From the NCBI GenBank assembly GCA_016618385.1, contig JABFOP010000159.1, forward strand, positions 438,555-502,554: DNA of 64,000 bases. Direction: 5' to 3'. A program made the position numbers and the translations under genes. Origin of the DNA: Nymphon striatum. Lineage: Eukaryota. Of this stretch, positions 34,688 through 48,162 are shown one piece after another (the first letter of the stretch is position 1; every line of letters begins with the position of its first letter). The notes under the pieces are model-generated. The model made no database searches. It saw nothing but the letters and a program-made list of their open reading frames with translations, and was not told the DNA's origin.

Positions 34688-35285
34688 TTTTTTTTTTAAA
34701 ACCTTATTGCACTAAACTCGCATGGGTTTATGGCAAGCTGGAGGCCGTTTCCATCCGACTGAATGCAGTGCTTCTCTGTTAGAACTGCAAGCCATAGTGG
34801 GCGAGTCCTATTTCCCACACCGCAGTCAAGAATAGGTGTTCCTCGCAGGTGCTACACTGTTAACAGGATATGGTCGGGCGACCAGAAAATATATAGTATA
34901 GACGTGACTAACCATAAGTTTAATGGTTGCTACGACCATTAAACTTATGGTTAGTCACTAGCATATGTTTTCTGGTCGCCCGACCATATCCTGTTAACAG
35001 TGTACACTCCACCGGGATCACCATACTCTTTATTCGAATAGTGGAGTGTGTTCTTTAACGCGCAGAGGGCAAGACTCTCCTTTACACGAGACCTCTATTT
35101 AACGTCCTATCCGAGGGACAAAGTATTTTCTCTCTAAAACCAGCCTGCATCCAGCCTGCATCCAGTATCAGAGAGGAGAGTACGAGAATACACAACGTAA
35201 AGGGTGAAAAAGTGGTGGGGTTCGAATTGGATTCGAACCTGGGTCATTCAAGCCCAGAACAGAGATCTTAATTACTCAAATGATA
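34688..35285 (-). mobile_element. SINE copy carrying a nested 134-bp palindromic MITE
   Basis: Co-linear with the 6912-7352 SINE except for an insertion at 34869-35002. Confidence 0.65.
34869..35002. mobile_element. 134-bp near-perfect palindromic MITE with TACACT target duplication
   Basis: 'gttaacaggatatggtcgggcgaccagaaaa...ttttctggtcgcccgaccatatcctgttaac'. 'tacact' occurs at 34863-34868 and 35003-35008. The uninterrupted SINE copy at 7060 reads 'gctacactccacc'. Confidence 0.65.
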
Positions 35286-36172
35286 GTGATTAACGACGTT
35301 TGTGAAGCCTGAAAACAGCTCCGACAGGGCCTTATTAATTTCTGCTGGGTTATCATGGTTATTGCAAACAAAGAGGTTGAAACTCATCTTCAGATTTAGT
35401 TTTGTCAGAATCTTGAGGTATTTTACGTTTTCTCTGTGCTTGTTCGAGCTTCCTTTTGTCCGTAAATTTCTGATAACATTGTCGGTGAAAACGTGCATGA
35501 GACGGCGGCGTTGCTATCAATACATTTGCATTGGCAAGTAAATCCGTCGCAATTTTGCACTTTTCTCCGTCCGAATTTTTCAAAATCTCAGCAGAAGCCA
35601 AAGCTTTGGACCATGTTGTGTCTGTAAATTTTTTCAATACAACATCATTCACAGTCGAAAAATGAAGAAAACACTTCTTTATCTCTGGTATCGATGACGA
35701 AACGGGATCGGAGTCAGCCGACATTGTTGTTGTCAGCTGTTATTATGTAGCGAACGAAGACAATGACGTAACGAAAATTCTGCCTCGTGATTAGTTGAAT
35801 TAGACGCGCCTTCGATTTCCCGGCACATATTACCCGCGAATTCAGAGGCAAAATAATTATTTATTTTAATTAATTTCTCAAAAACGCGCAAATAAAACGA
35901 GGAGAACAAACTGTAAATATGTTTGTAATAATTGTCTGTACATGTTCATACTGGTTTGGTCTACTGCCACTGATGGGACTACGAAACTTCACAATAAAGT
36001 GACTTGCCCTACTGTCTATATCAGCTATGAAAGGGCTGACACCGATAGGTTTGCTCCGGGCGGTCAGGATGATCGAACCATAAGATGAAGGACGAACTAG
36101 GACCATAGACCATATTATTGTTATTAAGATTATTATTATTACTATTGCTTTTATAACCTTGTATGCATAGTT

Positions 36173-36229
36173 AACGGAAGCCTTTGCTCAGCAGTGGGCC
36201 AGTACGGCTGAGGATGATGATGATGATGA
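36173..36229 (+). mobile_element. 57-bp RTE 3'-terminal fragment with TAGTTAA target duplication
   Basis: 'cggaagcctttgctcagcagtgggccagtacggctgaggatgatgatgatgatgat' is flanked by 'tagttaa' at 36166-36172 and 36230-36236. Confidence 0.55.
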
Positions 36230-38998
36230 TAGTTAAGAATAACTTGTGCTAAGAACCGCATATCTCAGAAGTAGATCAGGCAATTTGGAGGTTGCCCGAT
36301 CACGCCGGTGCTTAGGAGACTCAATCCTCACATTATTATTATTGTAAGCTTATTACTATTGGACCGTATATCTCAAAGTAGATCATGCATGGAGGTTGCC
36401 CGATCACGCCAGTACTTAGGAGAATTAAGCCTCAACCCATATTTAAGATATCCCCAGAATGTGAGAACGCTACGACACGAATTCATCCCATTGTCCGCAC
36501 CTCAATATAGAGAAGGGGGTTAACTGTATATCACTCAAGTAAGTTCAAGTTGCCCAGAAACAAACCAGATTTCACGACTAGGACCATCTAAGCCAGTCCG
36601 AAGCATTCCACCCAATCTGAACCCAATAGACCTATTTTTCAAAATGGGCCTACAGCCCATTATGATCCGATCGGGTCAAGATGTTGCTAACCTGTTGTCA
36701 GCACACCCCCCATCATTACTCCCTAGCAAAACTTCCAAAAAGGCATCCCCATCGTAGTGAATTTTCCTTTGACCCGACTCGTGGAATTCTGCCCGCTTGA
36801 CTGAAGTCAATATGCTCAGAACTTCACCAAAAATTATGTCTAACTCAGGAAGACTTAAACTAAGATACCCACTAAATCTGAGGCGGATAGGCCAGACTCA
36901 GAAATTATAGGCCGAAAATCCGGTCGTCTCAACTCGACCAAATTTACACAGGATATGATTAAGAGGCTAACTAGCACACGCCGCGACTTTAGAAGCCGAT
37001 GAGAAGGCCTCATCAACCCCATTAAGTTAAACACGATTAAGATAGAATATAGATATTACTTATTTAAGGTAAACTAAGTGACCACAACAATTGACTGTAG
37101 TAATCTGATTAGACTGTAAATCGGTGCTAAAATAAACTCGAACCCACTAAAACCAGTAAGCGCTACACATTATAGGGTACTTCGAAGTATATTTGGGAGA
37201 GGGTCTGGACTGGAACAACGGGTTGTCATTTACCCATTAGATTAATATAGTAATTAAATTATATATTTGATTATATATTTAACTCTTTTAAATGACTGGT
37301 GGCAGCTATTGTAGTGAAGGTATTAAGGTATTAAGGTTACTAAAGTGAAGCATTAAGTGAGCAACGAGAGATTGCAAACAGAGACCCTGGATTAAGAAGG
37401 TCCAGGCACTATTTATTAGAGACATAAGAGAGCCTTATGTATATTTAATCTAGCTAGACCAAGAAAGGTAATTAACCGAAAGAATCAACATAGGATATTA
37501 ACAACTCCCCGGTCCTGATCTTGTCCCCTTGCTGTAGACTGGTCCGTACCCTAACCAGAAGGATAAATCTAAGTAAGGTAGGCAGGACAACTTTTCCGGA
37601 CCATTTCTGATCCGTAGGACTTTTTTTTACGAACGTATACTACTGTGTTCAGACAATAGTAAGACTTCCAGATCATTGAGGATAGTAATCCGAGTTTTTC
37701 ACTTTTCGTGTTGTAGCGCTATCTGATCTCAAACGGGTGAGCCTTAATCGGCACTGTGTGACCGCAGCATAAAGTAGCATATGTCATGTAATACAAACTT
37801 TCATATAAGCAACCCATATACTTCTAGAAAATACTTATTTTAAACAATATTGCTATAAAATTAAACAAATAAAATAACTGAAAGATATACTAAATTTAAA
37901 TATATGTTAACATTTTTCTCAAGTAGTGATCTCCCTAACAACTTTATCATTTGAACTAGACTGTCTTATATTGGCAGCAATTGCTATTTATTTGACCTGT
38001 TTGTATGAAGACAAGAATACGCTGGATTGTCTTTTCATCAGAATAATCACTCGACAACCTTAGCCTCATATAAAGACAGACATACGTGACTTCGATATTC
38101 TGATTGGCTACTACGCGAAGCACTAAATCGGGGGAATTTGAAAGATGTACCCTTCCATGAAGGCCCGCAGGTACTGTTTAACCGCCAAACACTGAATCAG
38201 TCACTTTAAGACAAAAACAACAAAGAACAAAATTTTAAACCGCCATGTTTCATTACTGAAAAATGTTGTTAAATAGGTAAGATATTTGCATCGAAACCAA
38301 TTTCTAATATGATTTTAATTTAAATTTTGTAGCAGTAAAGAAAAGCAACACAAAAACGAATTAACCAAAGCCTCCTGTGTTTCAGGGTTTAAAACAATTT
38401 ATTAAATAGGTAACGATATACTATATTTACAAATGAACAAATTTGTGTGGCAATTTCCTGTAAGTATAGGCGCTGCAGGTATTTTTTACAACTAGATATT
38501 TGATTTGAAGCCATTACACATTATAATTCATTATATTTATTTTTACTTTTAACCGGCAATGACCAGTAATTCTTTTAACACATATTATTTTCAGTATTTT
38601 CCACCAATAATTTTCCTCTAAAACCCTAACGCTGCATAACGTGCACGTAGTGTGCGAGTTCCTACCTCGTTTCAGTTACTTTATCTACTCTATCTATCTA
38701 CTTTCTGTTTATTTTTAAGTTTCCTTTTTTTTTAATAAGTTAAACTGACAGATTTTTTTTTTTTATTATAGATTTGCAATTTCAATCGAACAACTGTTTT
38801 GTCTTTGTCAAAATGTCATGCATTTTTTTTTTGTCCAGTTCGATGTGTCGTAGCGCCGCAAAGCTCTATAGTTTGTGGGAGAACACAAGACGTTCGCTTT
38901 TGAGAGCGATTCATTAAATAGTTAAATTAAATGCATTGTATGCTTGTATTTTTTATATATTTATACCTTATGGTGACATTTTCTACAGTTTGCTTGAG

Positions 38999-40326
38999 AG
39001 GCATGTAGTGACTTGTATTGCTTTTATTATTATACAAAATAGTGTGACGTCACTGCTTATGCTACCCTCCCAAATAACCAACCTATACATGTATGTTCTT
39101 AATAAACTTAAGAGCAGTCGTCGTCTAGCTTCTCACTTCTATTAAGAATATATAGAAGATATCAAATTGGAACGAATTACATATCCTTTATATCACATAA
39201 TATCTTTAAAAGATTTAAAATAATTAAAAAACAACTTATGGATTTAATTTCCATTTAAACATTTTTATATGTGACCAAACGACTCAATTTGTAGCATTGG
39301 TGTATAGTATAGATTACAATAATCCGCATAAAAATAGTCTCATTAATTAAGAGATATTTAGCAGTTCTGCAAGAAAATATGTTAATATGAAATATATTTT
39401 GAAATTGGTAATATCAATAACAATTATGCCTGAAACATATAATATTTAACAAATAATTGAACAAACAATTTATAAAATTCATAGTTAAAAGCTTGACCAT
39501 TCATTCATTCATTCATTCATTCGTGAGTGTAAAATTCTTTGTCATTTCCCTCGCTTTCCTATTGGCTTAGAACCCGAACATATTGTCGTCTGCTTTAAGC
39601 ATTTTCAAAACAGATCAAAAAATCAAGGTGAATTAAATACTTCTTTTATTATAATAAATATTATAAATAATATGAATGTTTATATTAGCCAGTAAAACGT
39701 GGCATATAAATAAGTGTGTGTCGGTGTATAAGAAATTCAATTAAAATGTAAACGCCAACCAAGTAATCAATTAATAAACAAAGTATTTTTAGTGCATAGA
39801 AGCATTCAAATCTAGCACATAGCATAGATCGTAGCCCATAGCATAGGCCATAACCGTTGTAATTCTTTCGTTTTAACTCATTCAGATTTTCGGTTTAATA
39901 TTCATCCAAAATGTTATAACAAAATGAATTCCCATTTAATATGAGATTTATAAAACTAGCCAACATTATATTTCAGCATAATTACATGCATAAATACGTA
40001 CGCCCATATTATGCCAATACATAATAACAAAATAACAAAATGGCTGTTCTTTTACTGTGCGCGGAAGAATATTTTATTCCTTTTCTTCATCAGCATTCTG
40101 TCTAGAGAGAGAGAGAAAAGAATTTATATTACACTCTTCCATAGGATTAACCTTGTTTTTTTTTCCATTTTATTTTTATTACACACGTTCACTATTATTA
40201 AACCGTAAACACGCCCATATTATGTGATATACATGTATAAAGTATGTTATTTGGGAGGGTAGCATCAGCAATGACGTCACAATATTTAATATAATAATAA
40301 TAACAATACAAGTCACTGCAGGCATT
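38999..40326. mobile_element. 1.3-kb element with about 95-bp TIRs containing TGACGTCA palindromes, internal (CATT)n
   Basis: 'gcatgtagtgacttgtattgcttttattattatacaaaatagtgtgacgtcactgcttatgctaccctcccaaataac' is the reverse complement of 40231-40326. (cattcatt)n lies at 39503-39530. The right TIR is absent from the duplicated copy at about 50300, where (AAT)n occurs instead. Confidence 0.45.
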
Positions 40327-41256
40327 CACCTCAATTTACCGAATAGGTTCATTAATTAGAACTGATTTATATAAGGTAGGTTGAGATTGAAAGATGCCGA
40401 TGATGCCATTTACAGGATGATATGGAGACAAATAATAAACTGCTCTATTCCCTCAAATGAAGGAGGAAATACAAATGGTATTTACAATGCTTTGATAAGA
40501 ATTCAACATGAATCAACAAGAAAAAAAAGAAGAAATATCTATAGCTTCCCAAAACCCCGTTTTAAAATTTATATTTTTAGTTCATATAAAAAATAATAAA
40601 AACTATTTTTACCTGCTAATCCCACGTGAGACATCTCTCTCAATTTAGTGGCCAAAGTTGGGATCCATTGACTTTTATCTATGGTTTTACTCCAGTGTTC
40701 AATAAATGTCCTCAAAAACAATGAAGGTATTTGATATTGTCCCCATATATCTTTTCATCTTGTTTCTCTTTTTGGCTATTTCTGTAAACTCTTGTATATG
40801 TGACTCATTCATATTCAGCTTTTTTGGCAATTCATTCGATATTTGCTTAACATAGAAATTCTTTCCTATTGTTCTGATGATATCCTGAAGAGTGAATTCT
40901 GAAAATTTAATAACATATAAACAAGTTTATGTTTGTATTTTTAAACGATTTACTTATTCTTAAACAAATTGGATTTTATCTTATAATTAAATTGGTTGAT
41001 GTTTATGCATTGGGTCCACCAATACCTTTTAACACGAATTTTGAGTTGCAATCAACAAGATTGATGAAAAGACGTAAATATGAGATGGCAATCGGTCATT
41101 TTTCAGAGTTCAATATGATGAGACAAAATCAAAGAGTAGTTAATATTGTAATTATTAGCCAAAAGATAATTATAAGAAAATGAATTTAATGATATAAAAT
41201 GTGAATATTATTATGTTATATTATAGATTATATATTACATATATTATATTTATTAT

Positions 41257-44200
41257 TTAACTGACATTATAATTATTAATAGAAAAAAATAGTGAAAGTG
41301 CTTTACCTCCTTCTGGTTTCAGACATTCAATAATCTTACTGACGGAGTAAAGAGATATTTTATTTCCACATTTTGTGCATACAATTTCCATATGATCTTT
41401 CCAAGCTATGTAAAATGCATCATGTTTACATTTGTAACAAATGAAGTAACAATCTTGTCTCAAACCGGGAACAGTTTCGATTGATTCAGAAATCATCTGG
41501 TATATTTCAAAAAGAACGTTCCTAAGTTCTTTTTTGTTCCCTTTTTTTAAGAAGAAAACTTCCATGCTGACACACATTGTTCCATAATCACATTCGCTCA
41601 TTGTTATCATTGCTTTCATACAGTTGAGATGCATAATGATTCCTGCTCGCCATGTAATGGTCAATTGACAGTCATTACAGCTTATAAGACCATAAAGTCT
41701 AACGATGATTTTAGACATAATTTCTGGGCATGAAGGTATATTTCTAAAACGAATTTCATATGTGAAATAACCCTGTTCTACAGATTCTTTAAATACTTTA
41801 AATTTGAGGTCATTTTTTAAATCTTTCTTTTGATAACATGGGAAAACATATTGTCGTCTTTCACACAAAATACTTGTTTCGTCCTTGAATTTTAATCTAT
41901 AACAACATTCTATCTTTTCCAAGAAGCCCAAAAGATGCTTTGTTTCCATTTCATTTTGGAGGTAATTTTGGATAAGCACTTCTAGTATAAGTTCAGATAA
42001 AACTCCTTCCTTAAGTAAATCCAGCATTTTATGTAGTGTTTCCGGATCTATATTCAGTTTATTTGCCTTTTCGTTTAGTGTTTCTAAAAGACCTTTAGTC
42101 AATGAAAATAATTTAAAGAAGGTTTTTTCTTTTGAGAACAAAGCTTCCAAATCATGGTGGAAAAGACTTCTAAGGTATGATATAAGAACTGCAGGACGAT
42201 GAAATATGACTTCTTCATGTTCTCTGGGTCGATGACGAATAATTTTTCCAATTTCTTCCAAGTATGTTAAAGTGACTTCCACATCGCTTAAATTCACTAT
42301 CTTTGCATAATCGCATGCCATTTCTTTTAGAAATATAAAATGAACAACTATTTTCTTTCATAACAATTTCTTCAAATCTATTCCATGAAACTGGTGTTCT
42401 TCTTAGAATTTTCTGCTCATCACTCATATAAAATTTTTGAACTATATCTTTGACTTTTTTAACGCTGATATGCATGGTATTCAAGCAATTAATTGGTAGA
42501 ACGTCTATAATTACTGGCATTAACATTTTCGGATGGTCCTACACATCTCTTTATTTCTATATACTCATTCCATCTAATTTTTAACCAATTAATTCTTATT
42601 TCAAGTAATGTTTATATTCAATCTTGTCAACATGCGATGCCAGTATTATAACGTGTGCATTTGAAACGTAAGAAGTCAACATATCACACCACCTACCAAC
42701 CTGAGTATGAAAAGACTGTTTTGAATAAATGGATATGTCCACAACTAGTATGTAGATAGAATTTTTTGAAAAGAAGAGGCAATGTGTTGATTCGTAGATA
42801 TCCTGTCCAGCTAGATCGTAGAATTTCATATTCATTTGGATCTCCGACAAATACACTTCATAATATCCGATCCACTCGTGTTCTTTCGGGTGATCTCGTG
42901 AAATGGCCGAGCATGATAGTTATGCATGAAACTTGTCTTGCCTGACAGGCTTTTCGCCCAGCATGACGATTCTAGCTTCAGGTTCTTTGTAGATTATTTC
43001 ATATGAATCATGTAAGTATTTTTTAATACCATGAAGTCCCAAGTTTAAAATACTCTCTTGTGGATAGATAAAAGGATTACCTTCATACAAAAAAGTATGC
43101 ACGCTATCTGGAACCGCTTCAAAGCAAAATGTTTTCAATTCTATTCTTCGAAATGTCCAATGATAGTTAACGTTTCTGTGATAACAACTGATTCAATGTT
43201 GTCGATCTGAAGTATAGCGTTCTGCTGCATTGATAAGAATTTCAACAATTTCAATACCAAATATTTTATGTGATACACTGTTTCATTCTATTATTGGACA
43301 CATCAATGTTTTCCTAAAAGGATTAAATTATAGATACTATCTGGAATTTTTTCTATTTTATTTTGGCTTAGATTTATTTGTTCGAGGTTTTTCAGAGAAT
43401 CAAATAAAGCCTCTGATACATTAGTGATCCCAGTTTTACTCATATCCAAAACTTTGAGATTTGGCAAGTCCACATTATATTGTTCTAAATTTGGGAGATA
43501 ACAACACGACAAATTTAATTCCTGTTAAACTTTTCATCCGAAAAATATACTCAGGAACATAATAATTACTTCCTTTTAGAGAAAATTTTTTCAGTCTGGT
43601 TAAATTAGTTGGAGGAGGAACAGCAATGATTAAAAGATGATTAGAATAGCCGTCAACAATCTTATCCTGCAGAGACAGGTTTTCGACAATTTCCATTAAT
43701 TTGGTACAATCAGCCAATTTTAACTTATTTCCAGACAAATTAACGTACTTTAAGCTATCAGGAAATATTATACTTGAAATTGAGTCAATGATCATTGTGA
43801 TCTAGCACATAAATTAATTAAGTTTTTTAATTCAGATATTTCATCTGGAATAATTTTGATTGCATTTCTTGATATATATAAATTTTGAAGCTTTTCCATG
43901 TATTTTATATCGGAAGGAAGCTTTTCAATCATATTTTTTGATAGATCTAAGTGAAAAATATTCGTTAACTTGAACAGATCATTAGGAATTTGCTCCAATC
44001 TATTATCATATGCAATAAGCTCCTGCATATCTTTCATATTTAATAAAGTTTCAGGTAGATGTTCTAGATAGCAACATGAAATATTTAAGTGCGTGATTCT
44101 AAATGAACTAGGTGAGTTAAAAACGTTGGCTTTGACTTAAAAGACTATGATAAATGGTATCAGAATTAGTATCGAACAATCCGTAACTTTGGAAATTAGC

Positions 44201-44700
44201 TTTGAAATTTCCCGAATATATTAAATTATTTGAAGCATCTAATTTCTTTAAATTTGGCATTTCGAGAAACTTATCGATAAGTAATACAAGTTCACACCCT
44301 GCCATGTTCAGCTCCTCAACTTGTTGGAAACTTAAAACAATTGAGGTCACATTAATATCTTCTGTGTACGCTTTGAAACAGAGATATATTCTTTTAGTTA
44401 GGAACTCAAATGATGATAAATATGGTTTAAATGTTGGATGATCGCTTTTACAAAATTCGACAAAGTCACTTGCTTCGTACAGTGAGGAAATGTTTTTCCA
44501 AATCTCTTTACAACATTCTGATGCATACGCCTCTGAGATATTTAACTTTTCTTCATCGATTGTGAATATCTTTCCAATTTTATGTTCATAGAAATTACAT
44601 TTATTATTTGAGATCTCTTGTTCAAATTTTTTCACTTCTTTTACTGAATGTTTTGCTGAACAAATACGTCCATATTGACATCTTAAGAGTATTTTATGGT
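41257..44700 (-). pseudogene. ROCO-family gene copy A (LRR / Roc GTPase / COR; MFHAS1-like architecture), disrupted
   Basis: COR-like 354-aa ORF 41257-42321. Roc switch-II 'KFYDLAGQDIYESTH' and G4 'IILASHVDKI' in 42596-42856. The P-loop region is degenerate ('RIVMLGEKPVRQDKFHA*'). LRR segments ('LDLSKNMIEKLPSDI', 'LNLSQNKIEKIPDSI') lie in several frames at 43303-44037. The N-terminus 44117-44635 is homologous to copy B. Confidence 0.6.
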
Positions 44701-45246
44701 ACTAAATAACTTTAGAAGATTTTAATTGATGATAATGTTGTTGCCTAAATTACTATCACATATCACAAAGAAGATATGCAAACTTCCCACACGTAGATAA
44801 AAAGCACAGTATTTGAAAGTGTGTGAAGGTTCACTATTTCATTCTAGCAGATAGAAATTCAAGACTCAGAAGTAAGCCCTTGTCATTTGAATGTAGAAGC
44901 ATACTGCTGTCAATCGAAATTAATAAATTATTGAAAACGATAATGGAATTCAATGGACACATTTGATACTTACTTTGTATCAGCTGATAAATCTTGAAAT
45001 AATCACTAAATCAAAGTATATGTGAACTTTTATATAGAAAACGAATACGGAATTATATTCCAACACAAGAGATTGGTATACACATTGGAAATAATGTTAT
45101 CAGATAGGGTGAAGAAATATTAGAAAGCTAAGTGTCTCAACAATTCTTATTGCAAATAATGAACCATGTTGACATAGGTTGTGTATTTTAACATACAATG
45201 AAATAAACACACAAATGCTGGTATGTATGCATATTTGAAAACACAG

Positions 45247-45758
45247 ATAATGGGGTACTTTGGAACTAAAAATCCAGATGGCGCAATGTAGCTGTTCAGG
45301 TCATTTTGAAAAATCCAGGAACTTCAAGTCTTCAACTGTGTTTGTTGTGTTGTTCGATTTTACGCAGGTTATAAGCATTTTTTTCAAAATCAAAATCAAT
45401 TTCTTCAAAATGCCAAAGAACAAATACGAACGAAAGAGTTTAAATGATTTAAAGATCACATGTTTCCGAGAGACCTTATAAATTGATAGGTTGCCACTTC
45501 TCTCTCTTAATTAATTAATTGCCACCTTCCACGATTGAAATCGTGCATGGGTTGACCACGGAAATAAATGGACAGACCTGTTCTTGCACATAGGCACGCG
45601 ACATTCGGTTGGCATGATGTGAAATTGACAAAAACACCCATAAACTCAGTAACGCTAGCACAACACAGTGTTAAATTATCAGAGGCTGACCTGATCTGCG
45701 TCGCAGCGCCATCTGTACAATCATCATTTAACAAGGTTGGATGGTAAACATAAAATAT
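45247..45758 (-). mobile_element. MITE family C copy 2 (abuts the 5' flank of ROCO copy A)
   Basis: Reverse complement of the 5398-5958 element. The terminal 'ataatggggtactttggaactaaaaatccagatggcgc' lies at 45247-45285. Confidence 0.55.
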
Positions 45759-45818
45759 TATTTAAACATGGCGCTTATTTCCATGTCATATTAACATTAT
45801 TATCTACTCTATTAAATA

Positions 45819-48162
45819 CAGGGGCGGATACAGGGGGGGGGCGGATTGGGTGGATGTCCACCCCCCTCTTTCGAGGTGCCAACAATAAAAAATACACACA
45901 TTTTAAAGAAATGAAAAGAATAAATCTGATTGCATGTCGTCTCTCTTTCATAAAATATGTATATGTTAAATTATTCAACTCATAACTCATCGATTCATAT
46001 TGAATTCTGACTGTTTGCACATTTAGACAGACATCTTGAGCCGTTTCTCATGCAGCGGCGCTGGCCAACAGGGACAAATGTACGCATTTAATGTAGAATT
46101 TGCTTAAATACCCAAGGAAAATTAAAACAAGTTCATCACCATTTTATGTCTTGTTGCAGAAACCAACCTTGATCTTAAAAAAACATCTCATATCTGGACC
46201 AGTAAATGCATACTACACAAGCAAAAATGTAAAAAATGAAATTATACACAAGTAATGGCTGACTTTTCTGAATATTTCGAATATTTCCGTATTGAAGCTA
46301 ATCCATTGAAGCTAATCCCCACTTTGCATTGATTGCCGACGAAACAACAGCACAGGGTCGTAAGATTTTGTCAGTGTGTCTTCGAATGACTTTTGTGACC
46401 TGCCTAGAACAATTGGATCAGTTATAGCCACCACAATACTGGACAGTTTACGAAGACATAAGATCGACGTAGCAAATTGTTGTGGCCAGGCGTACGACAC
46501 AACTGCGTCTATGAGCTCCGACTAGAAGGGAGTTCAAGGAACAATTGCAAAGTATGCACCAGACACAGAGTATCACGGTTGCGCCCTTCAGTCACTAAAT
46601 CTGGTCATCTTCCATGCCTGTAAGATCAAATAAATTCAGAATATGATGGATAGTTGCCGTGAACTGTACATTTTCGTTGAAAATTCTCCAAAAAGACAGA
46701 GAGCAAAAAACGAAAGTTGAAGAATCTATGCAAAACAATCGTGTAAAACAAGACGACACTCCACATTTAAAACCATATTTGATTTGTACGGGTAGCCTAT
46801 ATCGTCATCAAGCTAAATGAAATCTGTGATCCAACCAATAATGCTCATTTTTACCCAAATGATGAAGAATGTAGCTGGAATCCAAAAACTAAGTCACATT
46901 GGCAAATAGACTGCAACATACCATGACAAACTTTGACCATATTTTCAACTTGGTCTGTGCGAAGGAAATGGTGGAACCAATTTGACCACCTGTTTATTTC
47001 CTTCATGGCCGCCATGTAGAATTATATTTTGGCTATACAAAATTGAAGACACCACGAGCTTGACAATACCTGTTCTAGACATAATATGTTCAGAACTAAA
47101 ATGCCAATTCAGCAAGAATGTGCGAGTACGCCATGAGCTGTGTGCTCTCATTCCTACAGTAAGTGTCACTAAGTCTTCTGAAAGCATGACTGAACTTGCC
47201 AACGTACTGCAAGAGAAATGGGATCACGTACTTCCAGTCTCATCAGCCTTTGGACACGAAATGTTTTGCTGGAACAGTTACTGTAAGCGACAGGCCTTAG
47301 GCGAAACCTCTGTAACGTGACTTTTGGCCAAACATGCTGATAGCATATTATTTTCGAACATCCGAGAGTTACTCAAGATTCTTGCTGTATTGCCAATTGA
47401 TAGCACGGAAGCTGAGCGATCGCTCTCCTGTGTAAAGAGAATACGCACGTGGCATAGGAGTACCATAACAACAGAAAGACTTTCAAACGTTTCTCTTATT
47501 GCGATGCACAGCCACTTTGTCTGCATTACTAGAGGACAGGTATGTGAAAGATATCCGAAAGATATATGGCAATGCATCAGAGGAGTGTATAATTCTTGAT
47601 AACATCTTACGCCAATTGCGTTCGATTTCTTCTCTGTTGGTCACTATTTCGACATCTGCGTTTTTTAATCTATTACCTATACAGTTAATCTTTTCTTGGC
47701 CGTCTTATATCCTTTCTCTTCTATAAGTGTGTGGTGAAGATGCACACAGAGTGTAAAGATTTGACCCAGACAGTGAAGAGTAGCAAGTGGAACTGGGCTA
47801 GACACGTGACCTGTAGAACAGACGATAGATGGACCACTAAAACCACAATTTAGATAACAGATAGGGGAGGAAGAAAACGTGGGAACCGAAGAGAAGGTGG
47901 ATGGATGATATAGCTAAATTTGACAGTTATTGCGTAGAGAGAGCTGCCGATGAAGAGAACTGGAGATCGAGAAAGGAGGGAGGCCTTTGCTCAGCAGTGG
48001 GTCTAGTTTGGGGCTGATGATGATTTATTTCCAGGTGTCAATAATACCAGGATTCGATAACTACCATTTCTGGACGCTCATGTAGAATAAATACCTTGAA
48101 GTGTTGAAGGAGTTTTGAATAATAATATCCACCTCCCTTTTTAAAATCCTGGATCCGCCCCT
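45819..48162. mobile_element. Degenerate autonomous-type hAT element (TIR CAGGGGCGGATMCAGG), same family as 33137-34612
   Basis: 'caggggcggatacaggggggggg' at the left end and 'cctggatccgcccctg' at the right end. Internal + strand frames give 'FALIADETTAQGRKILSVCLR', 'GQAYDTTASMSS', 'YHGCALHSLNLV' and a C-terminal 'ILAVLPIDSTEAERSLSCVKRIRTWHRSTITTERLSNVSLIAMH' with stops. An RTE tail fragment is nested at 47727-48025. Confidence 0.6.
46260..47600 (+). pseudogene. hAT transposase pseudogene (internal to the 45819-48162 element)
   Basis: RNase-H-like motifs and the hAT dimerisation domain are recognisable, but interrupted by stops and frameshifts. Confidence 0.5.
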
